From NCBI RefSeq assembly GCF_036321535.1, contig NC_087438.1:10294001-10358000 (forward strand): a stretch of DNA of 64,000 nucleotides, in the 5' to 3' direction. This document shows, piece by piece, positions 36,724-49,832 of this stretch (the stretch's first letter is position 1; each line of letters begins with the position of its first letter). A program made the translations under genes and the position numbers. Under the pieces are notes generated by a model. The model saw only the letters and a program-made list of their open reading frames with translations. It made no database searches and was not told the DNA's origin. The stretch comes from Camelus dromedarius (taxonomy: Eukaryota).

Positions 36724-39700
36724 GTAAGCTGGAACCAGCCCTTTCTTTGGAGAGGTGAATGTAGCCAGTCTCTGGTCTGAGATGAAATTGCCCCTTTCTA
36801 TCCATAAATGTCAGTTTGTCATCAACATTTCAGACAGCAGCCACGGGTTAAGAGAGGCGCCAGGACATGGTACCAGGAGCAAAGATTTGGAGTGTCAGGG
36901 CTAGAAGATGTTGACGCGTCTTCATGGGTTCAGAAAAATCACCTGCCCGTCTCGGTGCTGTTGCACGGTTTTCTAACAGGGTGTTCCAAGGCTGCTGTTT
37001 TGTTTTATGTTAAGCAGGAGAACCCATTATTTTAAATTAGATCTTACACAGAGCCCTGGTGCCTGGAAGTGGGGCTGCTCTGATTGAAGCAGGGGCACTG
37101 GCATGCAGGTTGGCCATGAGGCACCCTTTCAGAGCCCAGGCTGCGCCCCTGGCCTGGGCCTGCCCCCTGCTGACCACTGGGAGGGAGCACCTGACCTGCA
37201 GCACAGAAGTCGGCAGGGATGCCTTCTACAGGGGTGGCCTGAAGTGTCCTTGATTCTGTCTTGGTAGAACCAAAAAACCTATAAGATAAAGTGACAGGAG
37301 CAGTTGGAATCCTGGGCTTATGTGATGCACAGATGCCCAGAGTCCCCTGTAAAAGCCAGTGGGGACATTGCTGTCAGCAGGGGCCTCTATTCCTACTGAG
37401 ATGCGCACCTGTTCTAGTCCAAGTTCTTAAATTATTTGACAACATGTAGGGGTTTCAGTGGACTTGCCCTCGGTTCAGAACTGCCGGGTTTCTTGCTGTC
37501 TGATACGAGCTGTGCTTTCCTACACGAGGCCTCGGTCCCCCCCCACGAAATGTGGGCGCCTGCCCCATGCACAGTCCCCACAGCCCGCCCACTATCTGAC
37601 AGCATCATGTGGAAGCAGTTACTGACGGAGGGGAGAGTCCAGTGTGGGGGATGCTCCAGATGGCCAGTCTAGAGTCCCAGGCTTTGGGCTCTTCTCACTC
37701 GTTTTTGCAGAATTCATGGTATTGAATGTTGTTTCCAGAACAGAAATAAGTTGGTTTAGAATTTTTGTTTTCCTACAGTGATTTTATTTTCAGAATCCTC
37801 CTGATTTGAGTGATCAGCTCTTTCTCAACCTACTTTTTGAGGTCACTATGTCATAAGTCCTAGAACTTGGAATGCTTAGAGTAACAGGACTAGAGAATAG
37901 AAATAATGGCTCACTTGATTTTGTTCAGAGCTCAGTGTATTAGCATTCAGCAAATATTTCCTGCCTGTAGTAATAATGAGGAAGAAGATAAATGAGACGT
38001 TCAGGCATCTGGCATCTAATAGCATCTCTCCCTGCGGACCCACCCACAGTCATTTAGTTAAGAAAATAAAATTGGAACTTGGAAATATTTCATCAGAGTA
38101 ATCCTCATTATTTTCTTTGAAAAAAAATAGTAATTGAGGTGATCGAGTCATCTAAACAGTTACATGAGACTTCCACCTGAAGAAAAGTGAGGAAGAATCT
38201 GGCTCATGACTGAGGGGGCTGGGGACGGGCCACTCCATCCGGGCCGTTTCCCGGCCTCCCCGTGGGTGAGCCCGCCATCCCAGTGGAGGCGCATCGAGCC
38301 CAGGCTCAGTCTCACTGGGTAATCCCCTCATGGGTCTGGTCTGGGTTTACCCTAGAAATAAGTTGAGAAGTTTATTTTAAAAAGTAAGGTATTTGAATGA
38401 AATTCATGGAGAAAAATAAATGTAGAAAGTTCTGCCTTTGGAAGGTACATTGAGACTTTTCTGGAGGTAGATCCAAAAAGAAAGAATAACTTGGTTTCTC
38501 AGGTGGTTAGCGTGTAAATGGGTGGTGGTGGGAGTCCAGAAGTGCCCCGTGTCTGGGAAGGGGCTCCTGACTCTCCAGCTCCCCACCCTGGGGGGAGCCG
38601 CCAGCACCAGGCATCTGCCACGTGGAGAGGCCGTGTGCTAGTTCCCGGGGCACCCTGGTCCCCACCGTGCGGCTGCCTCCAGTCACAGGAGGTTCGCCAC
38701 AGAAAGAAGACCCTGTCCCGGAGTCAGGGTGCGTTAACTAGTTGACTTCGGATCAGTTACAGCAGGACAGGCTTCTGTGCACTCGGAACGGAGGCTGCAC
38801 CACTCCTGTAGGAAAATACGGCACCATCCTGGGGACTGTCGCTATGAGGACAGCAGATTTTGGCACCCAGTGAGAGAGAAAGAGTGAGTCACTAACAAAA
38901 ATGCAGGTTTGTAGAAAGTAATCATTCTACTGGGGTATGAGAATTTTTAAAGAACCGCCTATAAAATTTTTTATCTGTGATGATTACTTACCAGTTTCTG
39001 TTTACCTCACCTAACACATTATCTGAACTTTGTCCCATGGCCCAGAAATCCCTCAGGAGCCACTTCTGCACATCACTCCTCCACGCATGCTTGTCACAGG
39101 TCCTGCTGGCTCCTGCCCTCTCAGTCGCTCTCAGCTTAACGTTCTCATGACTCTTAACCATCTTGGGGAGCTACGCTCCAAAACTCAGTTTCCTTAAGTA
39201 GGCGTGGCATGTCGTTGGTACCCCTCATTGAGACCAGGGGTCCTTCCTGGGCTCAGAAGTACACAGAAGGGGTCACATGTCTTCCTAAGACTGTAGAACC
39301 ACCACAACAGGTTCTCTTCTTTTGATCCTGGGCTCTGCGTTTGGGAGGAGAATAAACGGGGTGTGAGACAACACAGGGTAAGTCAGAGCAGGGCATTCGA
39401 AGGGGGCACACCTGCGAGGCCTTACACAGGAGGCGCCCCTGCTGCGCCCACATGTGTGCCTGCACGTGTGCTGTCTGCTTTTGGAAGGTTTTCTTGTAGC
39501 CAGCTCCTTTTCTGTACTTTTCTGGTAGAACATTTCAGGGTCAGTGAATGATCTGGGAGAATACATTTAGGAAACGGTATCGTTTTCTGAGTCAGTTTGT
39601 AAAATACACTGTTTCTCTGAACCAGGCGTAACCAGAAAACCCCCGTATCTCTAATGGCAGTAACTTTTCACACATCTCAAGGTTCTTTCCACCCTACGTA

Positions 39701-41419
39701 TTTCAAGTTTAAACAGCCTCTGATGATACAGGCAGATCTGTCGAGGGAAATGACTTAGCCATGTTCTGCTTATTTGACTTAATTGATGGTGTCTGTTATG
39801 AGTTAGTTGTTATCATGGAGTTTGGTTCCATTTCAGAACTGGGTGGGGAGATGTTTTTTAGGCCTCTTGGAAAATTCTTGAGGAAAACTTATCTGCCCGG
39901 TGCTGTAGTAACTCTCAGATGAGGCTCAGAATGTTCTGGAAGAGTCTGTTGAGGAGGGGCTCCTGGAGAAACCCTCTTTAGCAGAGCTGGAGAAGGCTGG
40001 TCACAGATACAAGCCACAGGCCCCCACAAACACACTTCCTTCCTTGAAAACATTCGTTTTAAAATACGCCATCTCTTTGTTCCAAATATATACGTTTAGC
40101 ACTGATTCTTGCCCGTATTAATGGTACTTATGCTGATAAAGCAATCTTGTGAAAATACAATTTAGGTTCCAAAGAAATCAAATGCTTGCCAGATTCTTAT
40201 CTCATTTGTCCTGAGCCTGTCTCCCTGAGGTAGGGAGGAGAAGCCTTCTGGACACTGAGGAGATGAGGGAGGCTGGAGGACCCTCCCAGGGCCACCCAGC
40301 AGCAGGGAGCTGAAGCCAGAAACACAATGTGGATTTAATTACCTGGGGAGGTCTAGACTCTATTATTTCACACTAGAGCTGAATAGGAGCTGAATATTTC
40401 TAGCATATTAAAGAAGCATTTTTCATAGTTTGCCTTCTCTCTGCATAATTAGTCTGTGGTTTGCTTCATATAACAGAATTTTATATTATAAGGAAAGTAA
40501 TGTGGGACTGAAATATAGGCTGCTATAGAACAAAGCATCTTAAGGGCAGGATGAAAAGGATCACCAAGGCAAGACGGGGCAGCCTGTGGGGAAGTGACCC
40601 AAGCTGGGGAGCAGGTGTGAGCCTGTGTTGGATCTAAAGTCACGCAGTTCCTGTTTTTAATGAATGAGAAATTCGGTTGAGACCTGTACTTGGCATGAAC
40701 TGCCCTAAGCGTGTTAGATGAATATATGAATCCACACACTTAAAAAAGTAAACGGTTTCACTCACCTTTCATGAAGTATATATAGCAGTGTGCTGGGGAT
40801 ATGAAATTTTACGGAGCTGAAAAGGCAGTCACCTTTCTCTGTGAACTGACAGTCTGCACCATGGAACCTGGGATGGGCTTATGTAAACTGCAGCATTGAG
40901 GAAGTGTGTAAAGTAACTAATGCCAGGACGCTTTAAAGTGTGGCTGGATTCACGTTTTTGAGGCAGGGAAGCTGCATTCAGACTGCTCAGGAAGAGCCGC
41001 GTGCTTGCGTTCAGCCCTGTTTCTGCATACCTGGCGCTGGGCGGCACTGGCTGGCCTGGCCAGGACTGAGGGTGAGGCCGGCCACGTGCTTGGGACCCCA
41101 CTCTCCCCTCGTCCCGAAGGTGCCAGAAGCAGGAGGGAGCTTGGCTCAAAGGGACCACTCAGCTGGCTGGCCGGGCGGAGCTCTCCAGGTCTCCCAGGGC
41201 CTCGGAGTTTGCCCTTGGGGACATGAAATCGAGTCAGAAGCCTTTCTGGGTGAGGACAGCACATGGTTCTCATCCCCTCAGACAGAGCACTCGGGACAGC
41301 GGTTAGAGTCCCGACCGCCCAGAGTGCAGCAGGTAGTTACGCAGATTTCACTGTCCAACAGCAGGTGGTTAAGAACAGGGAGGCACTCCCCAGCCAGGCC
41401 TGTGAGCGCTGCTTCTGTG

Positions 41420-41725
41420 CACACATCCCTGTGCCTCGGTTTCCTCATCTGTAAATGGGGACGGTACTGCTCCTCCCTGCTAGGGCTGTGGGCATTAAAA
41501 GTGTGTGTTTGTGAGGGAGGTACAGCTCAGTGGTAGAGTGCGTGCTTAGCGTGCACAAAGTCCTAGGTTCAATCCCCAGTACCTCCATTAAAAAATAAAT
41601 AATCACCCCCCCAAAAAAAAATCCCACAAAAACAGAAAAACAAAAATAAAAAGTGGCATCTAGAAAAAAATGTGCATTTAGAACAGTGCCTCGCGTGTAC
41701 TGGGCACTGGATAGATACTAGCTTC
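41420..41725 (+). mobile_element. MIR SINE split by a younger tRNA-derived SINE
   Basis: ctgtgcctcggtttcctcatctgtaaatgggg lies before the insertion and catttagaacagtgcct...gatactagct after it. Confidence 0.7.
41513..41650 (+). mobile_element. tRNA-derived SINE, camelid Vic-1 type
   Basis: gggaggtacagctcagtggtagagtgcgtgcttagcgtgcacaaagtcctaggttcaatccccagtacctcc (Pol III A and B boxes) followed by attaaaaaataaataatcacccccccaaaa and an A-rich tail. Confidence 0.85.
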
Positions 41726-44700
41726 ATTTTAAAATTACTTCCTTCTCTGTCACTGCTGGGCGATTGACGTTCGTTACTTGCCGTCACAAGTCACTGTCTG
41801 CATCGGCCTCTTTCTGAGCATGCTTGGCTGCAGTGGGTTCAGCGGCGGTTGTGTGTGTCAGGCTCTGGGGGCGGGGCTCAGGACAGAATGATGCTCTGAG
41901 TTAGTGCCTGGACTTGCACGGCTTGGTGGCCCCACAGCAAACCACTGACCACTGCTGAATGGGCAGCCACTGAAGAAGGGGGAGGCTCCTGCTTGAAGCC
42001 TGCTTTACTCCTGCCGTCTTTACTCCTACCACCCTGGTTGCGCTGTGGCCACGTGCATGTGGATGACTCTGAGCTCTTCACAAGGTCGAGTCGTTGACTC
42101 ACTGATACGAGAGCATCATCCCCGTGCAGCCCGGACAGGAGCTGCCGCCCGGCTACGAGCGGGGGACAGCCCTCCCCGCCTGCAGCCTGGTGAGGGTGAC
42201 ACCTGCCACTGGTTCCCTCTCTTTCTAAGTGACTGCGGCTTTTTGTTACTTTTAACAAGTGTTCTAGGAGATCCTGTGAAGCCACAGAAAGAATGCAGGC
42301 TCTTCTCACTCTAGTTACTCAGCCAGAGAAACAAAATCCCCCGCACTGGAGTAGAGAACCTCAGTTCTAAGAAAAGGCAGATTTCTCAAAAATACAGTTT
42401 AGGTAGAAATGTAACAGAAGTGTTTCTTAAAATAGTGGCACATCGAGAAACTGACCAAAGTTACTGTTGATGACAATAAGAGTTTTGATTCAGACTCAAG
42501 GCAGGTGGTTTATTGGAGCTGTTTTTCCTTCAGGTGAGGGGCCCAGGCGGCTGGCTGCCTGTCACACCTTAGTCTTCAGAAGAAAAAAAGAGGCATTTCA
42601 AATGAACTTTTCCTGAGAAAAGACTGTCTTGCCCTCTCAGGAAATGCAGCAGACAGACTCCTTTGGGTTGCGTTGTCCTCAGAGGTGCCGTGCTTTCCAG
42701 GACCTGTGATTACAGGTAGTTCAGGGGGTCAGGTGTCTGCTTCCTGACTCCCCTTCCTTTTCCTGCTTGTCCGCCAGCGAAGTGTGTCATCCACACACGG
42801 CTCACCCCCTGGCACCTCTCGTTCTGATGTGTTCAGAGTGAGGAGATTGCCGCGTCAGTCCAGGTCAGCTTCTGGAAGCCCGGAGGCCCGATACCCGGCA
42901 GATGTCCTCTCTTGGATTTGCCTGACACTGAAAGCTTGCCTTTTTAATTACATCTTTTAAATTTAGCATCTTGACATCTAACTTTCCATTGCACCTCGTA
43001 TGTAGCACAGGCAAGAAGGCTTCCAAGAGTTATTTCCACGTCAAAACCAGGGTGTGACCACATTAGAGAAGAGTGAGGATTGACCTCCCTGAACACTGTG
43101 CTCCGTCTTTCTTTCCTGGATAAAATGTTGGATATGGTGACCTGCTGCTTTTGAAAGAGCTTTTTCTCACGTTGTCGCAGACTTCTTTTTATTTATTTAT
43201 TTTCCTATTTTCTTTTTTCTTTTTCTTGAGGGAGGGTGGTAAGAAGCAGAATTGTTGCCATCTGAAGCGTTTTCGGTTCTCACGGATTCCTTTCCCACCC
43301 CTGACACGTGACAGCCTCCCCACTGGTCCTCTTGGAAACCGCGCAGCAGGTTCTGGTGACGACTTCTCCCGTGAACTTGGCCTCGGGGTTGGGGTGAGCA
43401 GGGGGCCTGATGGTCACAGCCTTAGGTGTTAGGTCGGCTGCTGAGAGGCGCAAGCCCCCGGCCTCCGCGAAGCTGCCCCGGGAGAAGCCTGGGCGAGTGA
43501 GCAGCCGGGGTAATACGAGTCGCTGGGGATCTGTTCCAGCTGCCAGTGGTCGCCTTTCTCTCGTAACCACGGCCGCCAGCAGAGCTGTACTTTCTAATCC
43601 CCTTTAACCGAGGAACCACTCTGTGGTCTGCTCTGTGTGAAGCCTCCAGAAAACCGCAAGCCCCTCTTGTGAGGTCTCTGAGCGCCCGCGCTGTCCTGGG
43701 CTGTAGAAGGTGACTGTTCTTCAGGGGGAGGTGGCTTTTGTTAGACCACATCCCCCTCTCCTTGGAAGTGCTCTCAGAGAATTGACCAGACACCCACCTG
43801 CAATCGATCTTAGGTTCTCAAAGCAGAATCCTGTGCAGGGAGGAAGACATCCTCCACCGAGCCAGTCAAAAAGAGCCCCTGTTCCTCTGGCAGAACCTGC
43901 CCCAGGGCTCCTCTGGGGCCGGTCCTTCAAACCAGGTGTCTGCTCTTGTCTCTCAAGAACTCTCTGGTCTTGTAACGTAGACGTGCCTCATCACAGGGCA
44001 CCAGGGAGGGGACACCAGAGCAACAGGGAGACGTCCCCGGCCGTGGTCTGCTTCGCTTACTGCCCTTAACTGGGCTCAGGCAAATCAAATCAATATAACA
44101 TGGTTTCTCCAGGAAAAAGTGAAATTTTGTTCTTCGGTCATTGTTGAAGGTTCACATGCCTTTGATCAGAGATGAGTATTTCATTCTTTTAGATGAAACA
44201 CAGCAACTTACTCATTTTCAGCCATTCTGGAGAGAGTTCAGGCAGAGGGACTCTGGTTTGATTCTACTGTCTGTGAGTCTGGGCCACTGGAGTCCCTGCA
44301 GCCCTTTCGGGGGGGACGGGTGGTCATGGAGGAGGCATTTCGTTATAGAATCCATGGTCCACCCTCCAGTTAAGGCCATTTTACTGTCATGCTGTTTAGT
44401 CACCACCTTTAGTTTTTTAAGGTGACAAGAGAGTTGGGGGAAAAAAAGAACTATCTTTGATGAGACTGTCACACGAGTTAATGTGAGTCATGGAAATTGA
44501 GACTTTTCATGAATTGCAGTCCTGAACTGAATGTGTGTGGTAAGGAGCCCACAACAGAAGACCGGAAAACACATAGGCATGAAAAAGACGCTGAAAATTG
44601 TCACAAAGTGTGGTTGGAAAGAAAAAGTAAAATTTTAAACCAGATAAATGGACTAGTAACTCTTTCAACCTAGTAATGAAATTGTACCACTGGGGGTAGA

Positions 44701-46369
44701 GACGTCACTGACGGCAAGTAAGACATGTTTAATGCTGTATGTTATCTGAACTCTTTCTGATTAGGACTTAATTCTTAAAAGACTTTAATGACTTGCGTTG
44801 CTTCCTCAAAATAGTTCATCTTTTATACCAAAAAAAAAGTTTTTGTTGTTTTTAATTAACAAACCTGGTTTTAAAGACAAGCTTTGGAATGTGTTTAAAA
44901 TATTCAAATGTGAATGGTGAGACAGAAATCCACAAATTGCCTCTTCTCTGGACTAGAAAACGTCCACTTAATCCTCCCTGCACGGATTTGTGTGGAGATT
45001 CTTATGGGAAAAGTCAGTTGATTTTCAGGAGTAAAGCCAAGAAGATAGGATTTTTTTAAAAATAGTAATTCTAGCACTGTGAGGAAACAGATTCTTCTGG
45101 TACTAGAGTCTGTTACTAAGTTCCCTAAAGCTTTTGAAAAAGAATTTTGACTCAGTCTGCGATTCTTTGTCAGAACAGGCTTGATTTTTCTTTCTCAGGC
45201 TCTGTCAAGTGCACAGATGTTTCCAATAGTTTTGATGACTCTGTGAGGGGCTAAAACTCAGTGCCAGGAGGGAAGTCTAGCTTCATCCCTCTCAGCAGCC
45301 CCCTTCTCCTTCCCACCCTTCCCCCACCCACAGGACACACCACGTGGCTTTGGGCGGCCTGAAAAATTCACAGATATCTAGAGACAGCAGCCGGCACAGG
45401 CTGGCGATGAGATGGTGTGTCTTGAAGTTGAACTTCCTGGGGCCGGGGTGGGGACACGCTGGGGCCACATGCACAAGCAGGGCCAGTGGACGAGTGGCCG
45501 TCCTGGGAGAGCTCTGGCCGGGGGTACGGTCCGCGGGGAGTGTGGGCCTGCGGGGCCTCAGCAGGCTGGACTCCTCACTGGGGCTTGTTCACAGGCCGCG
45601 CTCTCCCTGGGATGGGAAACATTCCTCCTTTTCGTTACAGGGATTAACCACTTCCATCACATGGGGTTTTACGAGGAAAATTCTTCTCCGGGATGGGCCT
45701 CTGCCTTTAACCTTTTAACGTTAGCATCTTCACTTGTTCACAGAGGAATATGTGAGATTCAGCTTGGTTTTTTTCTACAGAGAAATTTGTAACCTCTAGA
45801 AGGGGATTAATCATTTGTGGAAAATGTCCTTTGTGGCCTAGCAGACACAATTCCTTTTGTCAATATTTGTGCTTCATTATGGAAAAGTTTTGTTTTGCTT
45901 TCTGTGGTTGTCTGGTGGACATGTGTTTCTTATTCTAAATATCTGAACTTTCTCTGGAAAGACAGGCTGTTAGAACCAGAGGGCAGTGGAGAGCAGGGAG
46001 CATAACGGGGCGGCCGACAGCCTTCAGCACAAGCGAGCAGCCGAGGACGCCGCAGGGCCACAAGCCTGTGCAGGGGGCATGGCTCCCAGGGCCCGGCCAG
46101 GGGCGGGGCCCAGCAGCCTCTTTGGACTGGGGATGTTTCCCAGCAGGAGGCCTGGCCTGGCTGCCCCTTCCTCCCGCAGCCCAGTGTCCATCTTCTGCTC
46201 TTGTGTGGTCTCTGTGCTGATGCCCAAAGGCCAACAGAAAGCTGGGCACGTCACATACTGAACACAGGCAGGGACAGCTCCCAGAGTCCCAGAGGAAAAG
46301 CCTATGTTTCATCTTCGTTTTCAAACAGTGCCTTCATTTTTAGAGCAAACGTGTTTTACCTTTTTTCAC

Positions 46370-47640
46370 TTCAGCACATGTTTGACCACTTACTGGACAC
46401 AAAGCATCACGTGAGGCAGCGTTAGGAAAGGCTCTGTTCTCCGACAGCTTCCTCATCCAAGCTGTGCACTGGTCCTTGGTGCTGGGGGCCCAGCGGTGAC
46501 TGAGACCCTCACAAAAGAATAACACACACTTGCTTTCTGGCGCCCAGGGCAGACGCACATAAAAACCCAAGACACGGCTCATGTCAGAATTGAGACATGA
46601 TTTAACCAAGTGCTAAGGGTGGTGGATACAGGAGTGGCTTCTCAGAGGGGTTTGGTGGGGGCTTATACTAGACAAACTGGGGAGGTGGGGGCTCTGAGCA
46701 GAAAGGTGGCGTGGATACAAGGCATGCAGGACCCGCCTCAGAGGAGGACAAGGCCACTTCAGGCCGTGAGGCACCTGAGAAGAAGCTGAACATGCCTGGA
46801 AAGGTGGACTGGGCCCCGGTTGTGGGCAGTTTGAATCCTGGGCTGAGGAATTTGTGTCTAAGGTTCTAGAATAGAAGGAGGCATGTTTGCACTGGAGGAT
46901 CCACATTTTGAAAAGGTATCTGGCAGCGGTGCTTAGGGGGTTTTGGGGGAGGGCCTGGGTCAGGCGGGCCACTCCGGAGATCACTGCAAAAATCCAAATG
47001 AAATGACCGCTGTGGGTGTGCAGAGCAAGGAAGGAATCAGAAAGATGCCCTAACTTCCATCTGGCAGTATTTGGAGGGTGAAAAATGGAGAGATTGTGAC
47101 ACCATCACCCGAAAGGCAACACCGGAAGAGAAACAGATGTGTGTGTGGTGGGGGAAGGGGGAGCAATGGGGGCGGATAATGAGCCGTGTCCTAGACTCAC
47201 TGCTTTGAAGGGACAGGGAAACAGCAAGCTGGGATGCCTGCCTGGAAGTCCCCAGCATGGAGGGCATGGCTTTGGAGCCCACGTCAGGGATCGTGGACAG
47301 ATAGGAGAGACTGAACCTGGGGCTGCCCGTGTTGAAGGGCCAGAGGGGACAGTCCACAGGCAGGGAGCTGGTCAAGGGATTCTTACTTAACAGGGACAGT
47401 AAGGAGCATATACATGAGCTGTCCCCAAGGAGTCTCAGGGAAGACGCACAGGGCACAGGTCGTGGATGGCAGACGGTCACGAGGAGGCCACGTGCTTGTT
47501 TACAGGCAGATCATGGAGGTGATGTTCTTTTTGGATGTGCTTCAAAGGGCCTGAGCCTTAGAAGGGTTCTGATGGAAATGGGAGTGAGCTTAGAGGAGAC
47601 AACAGGCGAGGGAAGAAGGGAAGGGACTCTCAGGCTGGAA
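46370..47640 (-). mobile_element. Long degenerate L2 remnant
   Basis: Purine-rich tract with L2-like segments (tgaatcctgggctgaggaatttgtg, ttttgaaaaggtatctggcagc, ttcttttggatgtgct); boundaries approximate. Confidence 0.45.
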
Positions 47641-47945
47641 GACACGTGGCATGTGGCGGCGCTGGGGTCAGTGGCTGAGAGTCAGACTGGCACACTAAGG
47701 AGCATCCTGGGGGTGGGGAGGGTTCTGGAGACAGAAGGGCATGCTCTGCCTGAGTTTCGGGGTCCTGGCCCCCTGTGTCCGCTCCCTCCTGACCCAGGCC
47801 GCACTGAGGAGCCCACATGCCAGTGGCTCACACGGCCCATTACCAACAAAACCCTGTTTCATTTTATCACCATATTTCACAATAATCTCCCAAAGGGCCT
47901 TGAAGTAGAGTTTTTACTCGTTTACAGGAAGTTTAGAATTGAATA

Positions 47946-48282
47946 CAGTTGACCTTTGAACAACACAGGTTTGAACTGTGCGAGTCCACTTACATGTGCA
48001 TTTATTTTAGTAAATACATACATGTACTGTCGATGTAATTTCTCTTCCTTATGATCTTAATAACATTTTCTTTTCTGTAGCTTACTGTATTGTAAGAATA
48101 TAGGACATAATACAGATGACATACAAAATATGTGTCAATCAACTGTTCGTGCTATTGGTAAGACCTCTGGTCAACACCGAGCTACTAGTGGTCAAGTTTG
48201 GGGGAAGTCAGAAGTTGCACACAGGTTTCTGACCGTGTGGGAGGTCAGCGCCCCAACCCCTGTGGTGTTCAAGGGTCACCTG
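47946..48282. mobile_element. Tigger2-derived MITE (MER28/Tigger2a-like)
   Basis: TA|cagttgacctttgaacaacacaggtttgaactgtgcgagtccactta ... gtgttcaagggtcacctg; clear TIRs. Confidence 0.85.
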
Positions 48283-48603
48283 TGTATAGCACTTTGTGAG
48301 AAGGGAGATAACTATGTCTGAGGCACAAAAAGATTTGGCCATTTATATGAAAAGACATCAGATTCTGATAGTGTAAAACTCAGAAAATCATAATTATACG
48401 TTAGAATGTGAAAAAGTAAATAACTATTCGTGTGATTCCAAAGGGACATGAATTACGGGACACTGAGACTGGAGAGATTCGCCCAGCTGGTGCGCAAGGC
48501 TTTGACCCGTGTGGAGTGGAAATAGAGTTCTGGCCCAGTCGGTGGCCTCCCCTGCTGAAGGCCAGTGGCTGGGCTCGCTGACCTGTGCCCTCTCCCTCCG
48601 CAG

Positions 48604-48847
48604 CTCTCCGGCGGCTGCGAGCTGACGGTGGTCATCCATGACTTCACGGCCTGCAACAGCACCGAGCTGACCATCCGCCGTGGGCAGACCGTGGAGGTTT
48701 TGGAGCGGCCCCACGACAAGCCCGACTGGTGTCTGGTGCGGACCACTGACCGGTCCCCCGCCGCCGAAGGCCTGGTCCCCTGCGGCTCCTTGTGCATCGC
48801 CCACTCTAGAAGCAGCATGGAGATGGAAGGCATCTTCAACCACAAAG
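48604..48847 (+). CDS. TRIO: TRIO coding exon (~exon 34), first SH3 domain
   Basis: ccgcag|CTC...AAA G|gtaggg; LSGGCELTVVIHDFTACNSTELTIRRGQTVEVLERPHDKPDWCLVRTTDRSPAAEGLVPCGSLCIAHSRSSMEMEGIFNHK; 244 nt, ends phase 1. Confidence 0.97.
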
Positions 48848-49529
48848 GTAGGGGCTCGCGGGCCGTGGGTGGAAATGACGTTCCCCCTGGAAACGGCGCT
48901 GCTGCTTCTGTCCCCGCTTCTTTGCAGCCTTGCAGTAGGTGTGATCCCTCTTTATCGCTCGGGCCCTAATCTCGTCACTGTGTCTGGGCCTTTGTCATCC
49001 ATCAGGGACTGAAGCGGAAATGAGGGTCTCACCTGTGGCTCAGAAATAATGAACCATCGCCCCATTTCCCAGCTGTGTAATAAGGTATCAGGTTAGAAAA
49101 GGAGGAGGGGGCTGTTCTTGGGGGCAGTGTCAGGTTTTCACATTGTGGATTCTTCATTTTGCTAGTGTCAAGTCCTAGACTGTCAAGCACATGGGCCCTG
49201 AGAGTTTAACCACGTCATCTTTATAGCTTTGTAATGTATCCCAGCACATCCAAGACTCCCCAAGTTCCCTGCCTGGAGAGGGAACGCAGCTGGACCCCCC
49301 AGAGAGAGGCTGACCGAGTCAGGCAGGGCTCAGTGTCAGGGGTCTGTGGCTGTGACAAGAGAGGTGGCTTTTGAAAGAAGTGCTTTCAACAGAAGTAACA
49401 GAGCATTTGAGTAAAATGGCCTTTGGGGACTCCTTTAGAGAAAGGTAACTGTAGCAAGTTTACTTTTCCACATTGTCTAGATGGGGCAGTAATGGGCTCC
49501 TAGCAAGGTAGGAGAGTCTGTTTACCCTG

Positions 49530-49832
49530 GACGTCCGGCATGGTAGCTGCTGGACTAACGTGGCTGTTAAGAACTTAAAACAGGGCCGGTCTGAATGGAG
49601 ATATTCTGCAGGTGCAAAATAAACGCTGGATTGCAAGACCTAGTATGACCCAAAAAATGTGTAATTATTTTAGAGTCATTTCATGCTGAAATGATAATGT
49701 GTTTTATAGGGTGGGTTAAGTAAAAGGTATTGTTTGAATCAATTTCACTTCTTTTAACTACTTACATCATGGCTACAAGAAAATTTAAAATTATATGTGC
49801 AGCTTACACTATGTGTCTACTGAACAGCACTG
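49530..49832 (-). mobile_element. MER33-like hAT-Charlie MITE
   Basis: tggctacaagaaaatttaaaattatatgtg...ctactgaacagcactg; catgctgaaatgataat; matches MER33 as recalled. Confidence 0.7.

Noticed and set aside
39311..39383. Cryptic exon ending at AGG|GTAAGT (39377)
   Set aside because: Upstream acceptors are weak and give frameshifting lengths; such donors occur by chance in long introns
40940..41536. 198-aa ORF
   Set aside because: GC-rich intron running through MIR and SINE sequence; no domain or splice support
41513..41590. Possible tRNA gene (A/B boxes, tRNA-Ala-like)
   Set aside because: It has an A-rich SINE tail, no good acceptor-stem pairing and sits inside a MIR, so it is a SINE
47329..47952. 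207-aa ORF
   Set aside because: Non-ATG start, overlaps a degenerate L2, no recognisable domain
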